Of a stretch of 64,000 bases of DNA, positions 39,349 to 49,764 are shown piece after piece. The stretch is from an uncultured Actinomycetota bacterium (GTDB lineage Bacteria; Actinomycetota; Actinomycetes; S36-B12; UBA10799), in the NCBI GenBank assembly GCA_963818505.1, contig CAWFSJ010000006.1:33296-97295 (forward strand), read 5' to 3'. Both the position numbers and the translations under genes were made by a program. The notes beneath the pieces were generated by a model. The model ran no database searches. It saw nothing but the letters and a program-made list of their open reading frames with translations, and was not told the DNA's origin. The number at the start of each line of letters is the position of its first letter. The stretch's first letter is position 1.

Positions 39349-39606
39349 TCAGCCGGCGGCGCGCTTGAGGCGGCGGCGCTCACGCTCGGAGAGCCCGCCC
39401 CAGATCCCGAAACGCTCGTCGTTCTCCAGCGCGTACTCCAGGCATTCCCGCCGCACCTCGCAGGAGCCGCAGATCCGCTTGGCCTCTCTGGTGGATCCAC
39501 CCTTCTCAGGGAAGAACGACTCAGGGTCGGTCTCCGCACACAATGCCCGTTCCTGCCAACTGAGTTCCTCGGTCTCCGACATCGGCAACCTGACGATCGA
39601 CTCCAT
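39349..39606 (-). CDS. whiB: WhiB-family transcriptional regulator (WhiB2/WhiB-like)
   Basis: 85 aa. Four-Cys Fe-S cluster pattern (ALCAETDPESFFPEKGG...AKRICGSCEVRRECLEYA) and G(I/V)WGG turn (FGIWGGLSERERRRL). The position is equivalent to whiB2 (Rv3260c). Confidence 0.9.
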   Translation of the reverse strand: MESIVRLPMSETEELSWQERALCAETDPESFFPEKGGSTREAKRICGSCEVRRECLEYALENDERFGIWGGLSERERRRLKRAAG

Positions 39607-39872
39607 GTTTGCTCCACTTCCGCGCCCCGGTGCGCTTCATTGAACTTCGGTTTTCGCTGCCCTGGAGGCTTCCCGCGACCAGTGACAACACCGATGAAAT
39701 TACATGGCCGTAAGTAATGGCTCAACCGGAACTGGCGAGAATGTCCGTTCGGACGAGAGAATCTGTGGATAACCGCCGCAAATTTGCAAGCAGACACGCC
39801 GCAACCGGGAAGAAAAGCCCGAAATAGCACGAAATGCCCAGAAATATGGAGAAGGGCGGGTTCCGACTCAGG

Positions 39873-42374
39873 TCACTGTGTGTCACTGATTGCGCCCACG
39901 ACCGGAACATCCGCGTAGACCGTCGTGCGTTGCCTGGCCGGACGACCGGCCAAAGCCGCCATTTCGTGCAGTTCGGCGACGCTGACCGAGGACCCATGGG
40001 CCGACCCGGCCATGCGGCTGATCGTCTCCTCCATCAGGGTTCCGCCGAGGTCGTTCGCCCCGGCACCGAGCAAGTGGGCGGCTCCGGCAGGGCCGAGTTT
40101 GACCCAGGACACCTGGATGTTCTCGATCGCACCGTCGAGCAACAGCCTGGCCATCGCCGTGACCAGCGTGTCCTCGCGGACCGTGGAGCCCGCCCGGGCT
40201 TTGCCCGCCAGGTACAGCGGTGCGTTGTGGTGCACGAACGGCAGCCCCACGAATTCTGTGAACCCGTTGGTCTGTTCCTGGATCCTGCGCAGAAGCCGCA
40301 GGTGCCGGACCCAGTGAACCGGGGTGTCCACATGCCCGTACATCATCGTCGAGCTCGACCGAAGGCCCACCGTGTGAGCGGCGGTCACGACCTCGACCCA
40401 GGCGCTGGTCGGCAGTTTGCCCTTCGTGAGGACCCATCTCACGTCGTCGTCGAGGATCTCGGCGGCTGTGCCCGGGATCGAGTCCAAACCCGCCTGCTTG
40501 GCACGGGCCAGGAACTCCGCCACCGGTATGTCGCAGCGGGTTGCGCCGTTGACCACCTCCATCGGACTGAAGGCGTGCAGGTGCATCCCGGGGTCGGCCG
40601 CTTTGACCGTGCGGGCCAGGTCGAAGTAGGCAGAACCGGGCAGGCGCGGATGGATGCCACCCTGCATGCAGATCTCAGTGGCTCCGGCAGCCGCAGCCTC
40701 CAGCACTCTGCTGGCGATCTCGTCGCTGCTGAGGGTGAAGGCATCGGCGTCGGATTCGCGCTGGGCGAAGGCGCAGAACCGGCATCCGGTGTAACAGACG
40801 TTCGTGAAGTTGATGTTGCGGTTGACCACGTATGTGACCTCGTCGCCGACCCGTGCGCGTCGAAGTTCGTCCGCAACCCGAGCCACCTGCGCGACCTGCT
40901 CGCCCGTGGCGGCGAACAACGCAAGCGCCAGATCCTCGTTCGACTCATCGCTCAACTTGCCGGGGTCGGAACCCGCGAGGTCCAAGGCCTTGTGGAAGTC
41001 GCCCACAATGACCGCAGGACCCTCGCCCACGCTCAAGGCGTCCCAGGAGCCGAACGCGGTGTCGAAGTCCGATCGCCGCTCGGTATCGCGCCCACGGATA
41101 TCGATTGTCACGGCCAGGTCGGTGCGTCCCGATCCGGTCGCGGAAAACCCTTCGTAGTCTGTCTGCTCCTGCCAGGGCCGCGGGGCTGGACGCCGCTGCG
41201 GGTCCAGCAGCCCGGTCGGGTCTGCCAGTGCCGCCACGAATGGTTTGAGCCGCGGGTCCAGCCAGGCATCACCGCGTGCGATGAACTCGGGGTGGATCGT
41301 CAAGCGGGGGCGCAGGTCCAGCCCCGCAGCGGCTGTGACCTCGCGCAGGACCTCGATGCTCGGCCACGGCCGCTCGGGATTGACGAAGTCCGCCGTCACC
41401 GGGCTCACCCCGCCCCAGTCGTCGATCCCGGCGCCCAGCAGCCCAGCGAGTTCGGATTCGTCGGTGAGGTTCGGCGGCGCCTGCAAATGCACGGACGTGC
41501 CGAGAACCACCCGGGCCGTCGCGATCGCCGCACGGTATTGCTGCATGTCGGCGTCAGGGGCGCCGGCCATCGCGGTACCCGGCTTGGCGCGGAAGTTCTG
41601 AATGATCACTTCTTGGATCCCGTGGAACTCGCGCTCGACCGAACGCAGGGCCAGCAGCGACTCGGCCCGCTCGGCCAGTGTCTCGCCGATCCCGATCAGC
41701 AGACCGGTCGTGAACGGGATCGCCAGCCGCCCGGCTTCGCGCAACACCCGCAGCCTGACCTGGGGGTCCTTGTCCGGGGATCCGTAATGCACGGCTCCGG
41801 GTGTGGTGAACAGGCGCGCTGAGGTGGTCTCCAGCATCATCCCCATGCTCGGTGCCACCGGCCGTAGCCGGGTCATCTGGTCCCAGGTCATGACCCCGGG
41901 ATTGGCGTGGGGCAGCAGGCCGGTGCCCTCCAGGATCGCGATAGCAACCGCCCGCACGTAATCGGAGGTGCTGTCGAAGCCCCGCTCGTCGAGCCACTGC
42001 CGGGCCGCCGGCCAACGATCCTCAGGCGTGTCGCCCAATGTCAGCAGGGCCTCTGCGCAACCCGCGCGGGCCCCCTGCTCGGCGACGGCTACCGCCTCGT
42101 CGATCTCGAGGAAGGGATTGCGTCCGAGTTGTCGCAGGCTCGCGGGATCAGTCGCGAACGTGCAGTAGTGACAACGGTCGCGGCACAGGTGGGTCACCGG
42201 GATGAACACCTTGGGCGAGTAGGTCACTGTGGCGCAACTGCGGTCCCGCATGCCTGCCGCGATGGCGCACAACGCCTCAAGGTCGTCATCACGGGCACCG
42301 AGCAGCGCCTCGACCTCGTCCACGTCGAGGGAAACGGCGCGTTCGGCACGGGCCAGCACCCGACGTAGAGTCAC
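39873..42374 (-). CDS. fbiC: FO synthase (7,8-didemethyl-8-hydroxy-5-deazariboflavin synthase), fused CofG/CofH
   Basis: 833 aa with a GTG start. Two radical-SAM CxxxCxxC sites ([10 protein letters not shown] and [10 protein letters not shown]), as in fused FbiC. Confidence 0.9.
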   Translation of the reverse strand: MTLRRVLARAERAVSLDVDEVEALLGARDDDLEALCAIAAGMRDRSCATVTYSPKVFIPVTHLCRDRCHYCTFATDPASLRQLGRNPFLEIDEAVAVAEQGARAGCAEALLTLGDTPEDRWPAARQWLDERGFDSTSDYVRAVAIAILEGTGLLPHANPGVMTWDQMTRLRPVAPSMGMMLETTSARLFTTPGAVHYGSPDKDPQVRLRVLREAGRLAIPFTTGLLIGIGETLAERAESLLALRSVEREFHGIQEVIIQNFRAKPGTAMAGAPDADMQQYRAAIATARVVLGTSVHLQAPPNLTDESELAGLLGAGIDDWGGVSPVTADFVNPERPWPSIEVLREVTAAAGLDLRPRLTIHPEFIARGDAWLDPRLKPFVAALADPTGLLDPQRRPAPRPWQEQTDYEGFSATGSGRTDLAVTIDIRGRDTERRSDFDTAFGSWDALSVGEGPAVIVGDFHKALDLAGSDPGKLSDESNEDLALALFAATGEQVAQVARVADELRRARVGDEVTYVVNRNINFTNVCYTGCRFCAFAQRESDADAFTLSSDEIASRVLEAAAAGATEICMQGGIHPRLPGSAYFDLARTVKAADPGMHLHAFSPMEVVNGATRCDIPVAEFLARAKQAGLDSIPGTAAEILDDDVRWVLTKGKLPTSAWVEVVTAAHTVGLRSSSTMMYGHVDTPVHWVRHLRLLRRIQEQTNGFTEFVGLPFVHHNAPLYLAGKARAGSTVREDTLVTAMARLLLDGAIENIQVSWVKLGPAGAAHLLGAGANDLGGTLMEETISRMAGSAHGSSVSVAELHEMAALAGRPARQRTTVYADVPVVGAISDTQ

Positions 42375-42413
42375 CTCTGAAGCCTAATCGAGCGACTCGG
42401 AAGGGATGTTCGC

Positions 42414-43355
42414 ATGCAGATCACGGTCCTGGCCGGTGGCGTGGGCGGCGCCCGGTTCCTGCAGGGTCTGCGGGCGGCTTTTCCCGAAGCTGACATCACG
42501 GTCATCGGGAATACCGCCGACGACATCTGGCTGCACGGTCTGAAGGTGTGCCCCGACCTGGACACGGTGATGTATACCCTCGGCGGCGGCATCGACACCG
42601 AACGTGGATGGGGACGCTCACAAGAGACGTACAGCGTGCTGGCGGAACTACAGGCCTACGACTTCGATCCGCTGTGGTTCACCCTCGGCGACCGCGACAT
42701 CGCCACCCATATGGTCCGCACGCAGTTGCTCAACGGGGGCTTCCCATTGTCGGAGATCACCGAAGCCCTGTGCCGTCGCTGGCAGCCCGGCGTGCGGCTT
42801 CTGCCGATGACCGACGACCGGGTGGAGACCCACGTTGTCGTTCGCGATGGGGACCGAACCTACGCGATGCACTTCCAGCAATGGTGGGTTCAACACCGGG
42901 CGCAATTGCCCGCGCTGGAGTTCCGATTCGTGGGCATCGATGAGGCCAGCCCGGCCCCCGGCGTTCTCGAGGCCATCAGCGCGGCAGACGTCGTCGTACT
43001 GCCGCCCTCGAACCCGGTGGTCAGCATCGGCCCCATCCTTGCGGTCGCCGGCGTACGCGATGCCCTCGTGGACGGTCCCGCGCCGGTGGTCGGTGTTTCG
43101 GGCATCATCGGCGGGCGGCCGGTGAAGGGGATGGCCGACACGTGCCTCACGACCATCGGCGTCCAGGCGAGCGCTGCCGGGGTGGCCGAACACTATGGCG
43201 CCCGGGGGCACGGCGGCATCCTCGATGCATGGGTCTACGAGCGCGGTGACGAACCGCCGCCCACAGTCCGGTCGAGCCTGGCGACTTCGACGCTGATGGT
43301 CGACGAACAAGCGGCAGTGAGTCTCGCCGTGGAGACGCTCGGGCTCGTTCTGTGA
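42414..43355 (+). CDS. cofD: 2-phospho-L-lactate (phosphoenolpyruvyl) transferase
   Basis: 313 aa. [19 protein letters not shown]... is the CofD/FbiA N-terminus. It is divergent from fbiC and overlaps fbiB. Confidence 0.9.
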   Translation: MQITVLAGGVGGARFLQGLRAAFPEADITVIGNTADDIWLHGLKVCPDLDTVMYTLGGGIDTERGWGRSQETYSVLAELQAYDFDPLWFTLGDRDIATHMVRTQLLNGGFPLSEITEALCRRWQPGVRLLPMTDDRVETHVVVRDGDRTYAMHFQQWWVQHRAQLPALEFRFVGIDEASPAPGVLEAISAADVVVLPPSNPVVSIGPILAVAGVRDALVDGPAPVVGVSGIIGGRPVKGMADTCLTTIGVQASAAGVAEHYGARGHGGILDAWVYERGDEPPPTVRSSLATSTLMVDEQAAVSLAVETLGLVL

Positions 43356-44623
43356 TGCAGGTCGTCGCGGTCCCCGGTCTGCCGGAGTTCGACCAGAGCA
43401 CCGACCTGGTTGCGGTCCTGCGCAACGCACTTTCGGCCCTGCTTTGGCCGGATGGGAGCGCGGGCACGTCGACCGGCGACATCCTGGTTGTCAGTTCGAA
43501 GGTCATCAGCAAGGTCGAGGGGCAGTGGGCGCCCGACCGGGACGGCGCCATCGAGGCCGACACGGTGCGTACGGTGGCGCAGCGCGGTGACCTGCGGATC
43601 GTCGAGAACCACCTCGGAGTCGTCATGGCCTCGGCGGGGGTCGACCGCTCAAACACCGACCGGGTCCTGCGACTGCCCAGGGATCCCGATGCCAGCGCGC
43701 GCGGCCTGTCCGAGGCGCTCGGACTGGCCGTGGTGATCACCGATTCCGCCGGCAGGCCCTGGCGGAACGGAGTCACCGACTTCGCGCTCGGCAGCCATGG
43801 CATCACCGCGCTGGTTGACCTTCGCGGAACCCCCGACGACAACGGACAGACCCTGGAGATGACCCAGGTCGGCGTGGCCGATGAGATCGCGGCGGCGGCG
43901 GACCTGGTCAAAGGCAAGACGGGGCGCACCCCGGTGGCTGTCGTGCGCGGGCTGAATCTGATCGGATCGGGGACCGCGGCGGACCTGATCCGGGCAAGCG
44001 ACGAGGACCTGTTCAGTCTGGGCACCAGGCAGGCCCGCGAGAGCGCAGTGACCGGTCGGCGCACCGTGCGCGCGTTCACCGACGAACCAGTGCCCTTGGA
44101 CCTGCTCGAGAACGCCGTCGCCGCCGCCTGCACCGCCCCGAGCCCGCACCACACCCGGCCCTGGCGATTCGTGTTGCTGCGCGAGTCACGCCAGCGGGTG
44201 CTGGACGCGATGCTCGAGCAGTGGGTCGCGGACTTGCGCGCCGACGGATTCAGTCAGGACTCCATCGCCAAGCGGGTACGCCGAGGAGACGTCCTGCGCA
44301 ATGCCCCCGAGGTGGTCCTGGCCTTCAGTGAACTCGACGGCGCGACCCACACGTACCCCGATCAGCGACGCAACGGTTTCGAGCGCGACCTGTTCCTGGT
44401 GGCCGGCGGCGCAGCGGTCGAGAACCTGCTCGTGGCCCTGTCCGCGTCCGGTTTGGGCTCGGCGTGGATCTCGAGCACGGTCTTCTGCCCGCCGGTGGTG
44501 GCCGCAGCCCTGGACATCCCGGGCACGTGGCAGCCGCTGGGCGCTGTCGCGATCGGCTGGCCGGCAGCACCGGCGCCGCAGCGGCCGAGCGCCGAACTCG
44601 GCGCGCACTGGCTCGTGCGCTGA
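43352..44623 (+). CDS. fbiB: bifunctional F420 gamma-glutamyl ligase / dehydro-F420-0 reductase
   Basis: 423 aa. An N-terminal CofE-like domain is joined to a C-terminal nitroreductase-like domain ([14 protein letters not shown]...). Start GTG at 43352 (GTGA overlap with cofD) or ATG at 43355. Confidence 0.85.
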   Translation: MMQVVAVPGLPEFDQSTDLVAVLRNALSALLWPDGSAGTSTGDILVVSSKVISKVEGQWAPDRDGAIEADTVRTVAQRGDLRIVENHLGVVMASAGVDRSNTDRVLRLPRDPDASARGLSEALGLAVVITDSAGRPWRNGVTDFALGSHGITALVDLRGTPDDNGQTLEMTQVGVADEIAAAADLVKGKTGRTPVAVVRGLNLIGSGTAADLIRASDEDLFSLGTRQARESAVTGRRTVRAFTDEPVPLDLLENAVAAACTAPSPHHTRPWRFVLLRESRQRVLDAMLEQWVADLRADGFSQDSIAKRVRRGDVLRNAPEVVLAFSELDGATHTYPDQRRNGFERDLFLVAGGAAVENLLVALSASGLGSAWISSTVFCPPVVAAALDIPGTWQPLGAVAIGWPAAPAPQRPSAELGAHWLVR

Positions 44624-44627
44624 GGAC

Positions 44628-45707
44628 CTACTGGTCGGAACTGAAGCGCACTGCGCAGTCGCCCACGACCACATCGGGCCAGACGCGCACCCCGTCTAGC
44701 AGCTCGTTGCCTGTCCCTATGCGGGCCCCGTCGCCGACGACCACTGATCGCAGCACGCAGCCGTCGCCGATGCGGGCGCCGGCACCGATGATGCTGTCCT
44801 GAACGACGACGTCGCGGCCGACCTGCGCACCGTCGAACAAAACCGAACCGATGACGCTGGACCCGGCACCCACGACGGCGCCTCGGCCCACCGCAGTGCC
44901 CCCACTGCAGGCACCCGAGACGACCGCGTCGGCTGCCATCCAGGAATCGCCCGTGCCGCCCACGAGCGCAGGTGAGGCCACCGCGCCGGTGACGATGTCG
45001 GCACTACCCTTGGCAAAGGCCAGAGGTGTACCCAGGTCCAGCCAGTAACCCGGATCGACCCAGCCGACCACCGTGCGGCCTTCCGCGAGCAACCCCGGGA
45101 ACGTCTCGCGCTCCACACTGACCGGCCGGCCCTGCGGGATCTCATCGATCACCCGCCGGCGGAAGATGTAGCAGCCGGCGTTGATCTGGTCCGTGACGAT
45201 CTCCTCCGGGGTCTGCGGCTTCTCCAGGAAGGCCGTGACCCTATCGCCGACAGTGGGCACCAGCCCGAACGCCCGTGGATCGTCCACACGAGTGAGGTAC
45301 AACGCCACATCGGCGTCCGACTCCCGCCATGCCCCGACCAGGGCCTGTATGTCCAGCCCCGTGAGGATGTCCCCGTTGAAGACCACAACCGGGTCGTCTG
45401 GTCCGCATGTCAGAGCATCCGCGGCGTTGCGGATCGCCCCACCCGTGCCCAGCGGCTCGGTCTCGACCCGGTAGTCGAGGGCGACACCGAAGTCCGAACC
45501 GTCGCCGAAGTAGTCGCTGAAGACCTCCGCGCGGTAGGAGGTTCCAAGCGCGACGCGCGTCACACCTGCTGCACGGGCTATGGCGATCTGATGCTCGGTG
45601 AACGGCACCCCGGCAACCGGGAGCATCGGCTTCGGAGTGTTGATCGTCAAGGGCCGCAGCCGGGTCCCCTTGCCACCCACCAACAGAATCGACTCGAGCA
45701 CCGCCAC
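44628..45707 (-). CDS. sugar-1-phosphate nucleotidyltransferase (mannose-1-phosphate guanylyltransferase-like) with C-terminal left-handed beta-helix
   Basis: GTG start. N-terminal LLVGGKGTRLRPLT pyrophosphorylase motif and C-terminal hexapeptide-repeat region. Confidence 0.85.
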   Translation of the reverse strand: MAVLESILLVGGKGTRLRPLTINTPKPMLPVAGVPFTEHQIAIARAAGVTRVALGTSYRAEVFSDYFGDGSDFGVALDYRVETEPLGTGGAIRNAADALTCGPDDPVVVFNGDILTGLDIQALVGAWRESDADVALYLTRVDDPRAFGLVPTVGDRVTAFLEKPQTPEEIVTDQINAGCYIFRRRVIDEIPQGRPVSVERETFPGLLAEGRTVVGWVDPGYWLDLGTPLAFAKGSADIVTGAVASPALVGGTGDSWMAADAVVSGACSGGTAVGRGAVVGAGSSVIGSVLFDGAQVGRDVVVQDSIIGAGARIGDGCVLRSVVVGDGARIGTGNELLDGVRVWPDVVVGDCAVRFSSDQ

Positions 45708-45751
45708 AGTCTGCCAGGGAGCACCGCAGCAGGCGAGGTTAACATCACACC

Positions 45752-46393
45752 GTGTCCTCCCTGCGTGAAGCCCGATTGAGCGCCCTGCGCAGCCACGGCT
45801 CCTCCCCGCTGATCACCGACTGCACACAAGGCCGCGTCGAGTTGTCCCACGTGACGTTCGACAACTGGGTCACCAAGACCGTTAACTTCCTGCGTCTCGA
45901 GGCCGACGTGGACGTCGGCGACACCGTCGGTCTGGCCCTGCCCCTGCACTGGATGGCAGCGGTCTGGCTGGTGGCCGCGTGGGAGGCAGGCGCGCAGGTG
46001 GGCTTCGGTGACGCGGACCTGACGGTGTCGACCGAGGGTGACCCGGACGTGTTGGTGGTTGCCGACCCGTTCGGCATGGCCACACCGCCGATCGGCAGCC
46101 AGGCCGAGTGGAACTTCCCAGCCGACGTCCGCGTCATGCCCGACCAACTCGTGCTGCCAGCCCCGCCGATGGGCTCGATGGCCGCAGGCCCTGATGCCGG
46201 TGGCCTTCTGGCCGAGGCCACCGCATACGCCCGCGGCGTCGGACTGGTGGCCGGGGGCAGACTCCTGACGAACCTTGCGCTCTGCGATCTCAGCGGCGTC
46301 ATGGCCACGATCGCCGGCGCTATCGCAGTGGACGCGGCGGTGGTGTACGCCGACTCACCCGGCCAGGAGCAGACCACTGCTGTGGCCCGCTGA
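45752..46393 (+). CDS. TIGR03089-family conserved actinobacterial protein
   Basis: 213 aa with a GTG start. ITDCTQGRVELSHVTFDNWVTKTVNFL...GLALPLHWMAAVWLVAAWEAGA resembles the adenylate-forming-enzyme-like TIGR03089 family as I recall it. Confidence 0.65.
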   Translation: MSSLREARLSALRSHGSSPLITDCTQGRVELSHVTFDNWVTKTVNFLRLEADVDVGDTVGLALPLHWMAAVWLVAAWEAGAQVGFGDADLTVSTEGDPDVLVVADPFGMATPPIGSQAEWNFPADVRVMPDQLVLPAPPMGSMAAGPDAGGLLAEATAYARGVGLVAGGRLLTNLALCDLSGVMATIAGAIAVDAAVVYADSPGQEQTTAVAR

Positions 46394-46409
46394 TCGGGTC
46401 GGCTTCGGG

Positions 46410-49400
46410 TCAGGCCCGCCGGGCCGCCGAGAGCACTGCGGTGGCCACACCAACAGCGCGAACGTTGGCGATCGCCGGGCTGCTTTGCAGGAAACGCAAG
46501 CCAGCGCCGTTGCCCTTGCCGGGCGTCACCATGAGAACCGCGCGCCCCGTTGCCGCAGCGACCGCCGCGGCCATGACCCGCCGGGAGTCCACGAGGATCG
46601 CTTCACCACGGCGTGGACCCAACCGGGCGATCCGTGCCGCGCGCAGGACCGCCTTCTGCGTGGCCAGGCGCACTGGACGTCGCAGCGCCGCCGCAGCACG
46701 GTTGGACAGTTCCTTGCGTCCGGCCACCACCACTGTTCGGGTGCCGTGGGCCTTGACGAACTTGACGGCCGCGGCCGACGGGACCTCCTGAACGGCCAGC
46801 AGGTAGCCCTTGGCCCGCACCGCACCCATTGCGGCGCTGGCCATGGCCGAAGGGTTGTCGGCCCGTCCGACGAAGACGGCCCGACGAGTTGAGTGCTGTC
46901 CGGCCCGGGCCAATGCCAGGGACAGGGCGCCGACGGAGTCCGCCCGCACACGGCGCACCGTGGCCAGTTTGGACACTGCTTTCAATGCCGCCGGGCTGAA
47001 GGCACCCACGGCGGTCAGAGTCCTGGCCGGCCTCAGCGCCTTGCGCGCGGCAGCGTCCGGACCGCTTCCACCGATCACGTAAACGGGCCTGCCCTGGACG
47101 CCACCAAACGTTGCTGCGAGCGCCACGACTGTGGTGTCGCTGGCCTGAACGACGACCGGCGCACCCCCGCGCCCAGCCGCCAGGGACGTCGACAGGGAAG
47201 TTGCCGTGGTGGGGGCCTGGGTCGCGCCGCGCGCGATGTACGCCGAAGGCAACTGCAGACCTGTGCGCAGCCTCTCCCCGGAGATCGACGAGGTCTGCCC
47301 GCCTGAACTGGTGGCGATGGCGGTGGCAACCGCTCCCCCGGTCAACCGGTTTCGCAGATCGAGCTGGACGACGTCGGGCAACCCGAACAGTGCGGCCACG
47401 TCAGCTTGGGGCCGGGTCTGCATCTGCCACGACGCGTACCTCGAGTTGCGCTTCTGAAGGCTCCACGGGTCGTCGACGCTGCGGGCCCACGGGAGGTCCT
47501 TGCCCCACACGTCCGCTGCGTTCAAAGTCGCCCCACCGCTGGCTTCGAAGACGGGGACCTCCAGCGGCGCCGACCCGTACGAGACGACCAGCCCCTTGCT
47601 GGCAGACGAGGATGTGGCAGCGACCGCTTTGCGCCACTGCTGGTAACCCTTGGTCGAAGCCGCCTTCTGACCCAGGAACCCCTCGTCGCCGATGTGGCAG
47701 CCGCACTGCGGATCCCATTGTCTGGCCAAAGCCGCCGAGCGGGCGATGACAGCCATGACACGTTGGGCCTGGTCCGGCCAGCCGGGCGTCGACGCGGCCA
47801 GGTACGGCAGGTACTCGTCGTGTACGCGCACCAATGCGACCGCCTGCAGAACCCCGTCACGCACCTCGACGCGCACCGCGCCGGCCCGCACGAGGTCGTC
47901 GCCGATTTGAAGGGCCGTGGCCGAGCTGCCCAACTTCCCGGCTGTGCGCGTGCCCGCCCAACGAACCGACACGCGGGTGCCCGCGGCGGCGCGCTGCCAC
48001 TTCTTGGCTACCTTGCGCTCCACGACCACACGGTCGCCCTCGACCCGCAGGCGCGCGCGCGTCCGCTTGTCACCGACCAGAGCCTGTTTGCCGGCGGAGA
48101 CCTTGAACGAGCCACCCCCTCTGACGAGGGCTTGCGTGCTCAGGGGCAATTGAGCACGCCTCGCGAGCATCACCCAGAGGACCCTGTTGTCGTCGGCTGG
48201 TTTGACCGCCGCACCTGTCAAGTAGTGCCTGAGTATGGCGCTAGCCTTCTTACCCTGCCGCGCCTGCCCGAGGACACCTGCCTTGGGCACACCCACACCG
48301 TCACCAGAACCCGAACCGCGGAAGTGGAACTCGTCACTGACCGGATCAGGGGTGATCAGGTCCGGGATGTCGGGCGGTGGCACGCCACCCGAGCGATAGA
48401 TCTGCGATGCGCGGGCCCGGATGGCGCCGACCTGGGCATACAGGTACTTGCCAGGACAGGCTGTGTTCCCGGCGTCCTTGTGCCCGGAGACCCGATTCAA
48501 CGTGGCGGTCTCGCCGGCCTCCCAGTAACCGCTGCCCAGGGAACCATTGCTGACCAGCGTGTCCTTGCCCCCCGGGTCTCGTTTGGTGAGCCCGAGCTTC
48601 CACGCCATGAGCTGGGCGATCGACTCCTTGATCGCATCCATCTTCTCGTCGGAGGGGTTGTACTCCTCGAAGTTGCCCATTGCCGACACCGCGAAACTGT
48701 CGGTGTTCAAACCCGCGGTATGCCCCCCGACCACGGGCCTATTCATGCCCCCGTAGCGACCTTCGTACAGGGTGCCGAAGCGGTCTACAAGGAAGTTGTA
48801 GGCCATGTCGGAGTACTTCAGGCCCTCGGTGTACCAGGCGTAGAGATTACGGACCTGCGAGGCGGCCTGCTCAGGGCTGTAGGTACTGCTCGAGACGGTG
48901 TGATGGACGAAGCCGACCTTCACAGCATTGGAGTAGATCGGGTCCCGGTTGCGCATACTCTCATCGGCGCCCCACTGAGCGCGGGTGACGATGGGCGGCA
49001 TTCCGGGCGCTGCGGCGGCCTGCGACAGCGGGCTCTGCTGGATTCCGACATCATCGGTGTCCACCAGGTGCACCTCGGTGTTGGGCGGGGCCTTGCCATC
49101 GGGGGTCTGGACCCAGACCTGCACTGCATCCGACTGCCCGGTCAGCATGGGGTCGGTGCCCGAGCGCGCATCCTCGCCCTCCCCCGAGGCTGGATCGGGG
49201 CCGTGGTCGTCGTGGAACGGGATGTTCAGCCACGGTGTCCAGCCGTCCTTCTCGCGGACCCGGACTTTCACCAGGGAACCGGGCGAAGGCGGCTGGTCCC
49301 AGGACAACCCGACGAGGCCGAATGGTTTGGTTTCGACCACCGAACTGCGCGACGCCGTCGGCTGCTCGACCCCGGACATGCCCCGACTGCCACCCATGGA

Positions 49401-49544
49401 GATGCCATCAAGGGACAGGGTCTGGACCCGTGTGGGCACCGGACGCGGGGAGGAACCGGGCATGCTGATCACAGGTAGCGCGACGACCACGGCAAGCACC
49501 GCCGTCACGACCAGACTCAACCGCGAGCGCAAATCAAGCACCAA
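46410..49544 (-). CDS. large secreted cell-wall hydrolase: N-acetylmuramoyl-L-alanine amidase (amidase_2/PGRP) + SpoIID-like domain + C-terminal repeat region
   Basis: 1044 aa with an N-terminal TM/signal segment. The amidase_2 block is IVTRAQWGADES...GFVHHTV...GGHTAGLNTDSFAVSAMGNFEE...GHKDAGNTACPG. A central SpoIID/LytB-like region follows. The last roughly 330 aa are Ala/Val/Arg-rich with repeated ...VVVAG/VYVIGG...A...L motifs, like cell-wall-binding repeat 2. Confidence 0.8.
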   Translation of the reverse strand: MVLDLRSRLSLVVTAVLAVVVALPVISMPGSSPRPVPTRVQTLSLDGISMGGSRGMSGVEQPTASRSSVVETKPFGLVGLSWDQPPSPGSLVKVRVREKDGWTPWLNIPFHDDHGPDPASGEGEDARSGTDPMLTGQSDAVQVWVQTPDGKAPPNTEVHLVDTDDVGIQQSPLSQAAAAPGMPPIVTRAQWGADESMRNRDPIYSNAVKVGFVHHTVSSSTYSPEQAASQVRNLYAWYTEGLKYSDMAYNFLVDRFGTLYEGRYGGMNRPVVGGHTAGLNTDSFAVSAMGNFEEYNPSDEKMDAIKESIAQLMAWKLGLTKRDPGGKDTLVSNGSLGSGYWEAGETATLNRVSGHKDAGNTACPGKYLYAQVGAIRARASQIYRSGGVPPPDIPDLITPDPVSDEFHFRGSGSGDGVGVPKAGVLGQARQGKKASAILRHYLTGAAVKPADDNRVLWVMLARRAQLPLSTQALVRGGGSFKVSAGKQALVGDKRTRARLRVEGDRVVVERKVAKKWQRAAAGTRVSVRWAGTRTAGKLGSSATALQIGDDLVRAGAVRVEVRDGVLQAVALVRVHDEYLPYLAASTPGWPDQAQRVMAVIARSAALARQWDPQCGCHIGDEGFLGQKAASTKGYQQWRKAVAATSSSASKGLVVSYGSAPLEVPVFEASGGATLNAADVWGKDLPWARSVDDPWSLQKRNSRYASWQMQTRPQADVAALFGLPDVVQLDLRNRLTGGAVATAIATSSGGQTSSISGERLRTGLQLPSAYIARGATQAPTTATSLSTSLAAGRGGAPVVVQASDTTVVALAATFGGVQGRPVYVIGGSGPDAAARKALRPARTLTAVGAFSPAALKAVSKLATVRRVRADSVGALSLALARAGQHSTRRAVFVGRADNPSAMASAAMGAVRAKGYLLAVQEVPSAAAVKFVKAHGTRTVVVAGRKELSNRAAAALRRPVRLATQKAVLRAARIARLGPRRGEAILVDSRRVMAAAVAAATGRAVLMVTPGKGNGAGLRFLQSSPAIANVRAVGVATAVLSAARRA

Positions 49545-49764
49545 CCTCTCGGGACGAGCGGATCAGACTGCAGGAACCAGGGTCACCCCGGCGCGCGTCC
49601 AAGTGTCGTAACCCAGGGCCGGCAGTGGCAGAACTGTTCACATATCGGACGCGTGTCGCAGGAAGCCAACTGCAGCCGTCAACACACGAACGACGGTATT
49701 GATCACAGGTTAACCGAAAGCTGAAAACCCACCTGTACCCTGGAATCCTGAGGATCGGAGGACA

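Noticed and set aside
39050-39368. Two 62-aa plus-strand ORFs (39050..39238 and 39180..39368) sharing the peptide GGYDKGWLTTLASH.
   Set aside because: The shared peptide is simply the translation of the duplicated hairpin. The ORFs overlap the 5' end of the Rv3259-like gene and the 3' end of whiB, and they have no start context. The DNA/RNA-level repeat is the simpler explanation.
49545-49764. c-di-AMP (ydaO-type) riboswitch upstream of the large cell-wall hydrolase.
   Set aside because: Only a GGGGTGA fragment is present on the minus strand. The conserved 3' half (CCGAACCCG.CAGCTAACC...) and the pseudo-twofold architecture are absent.
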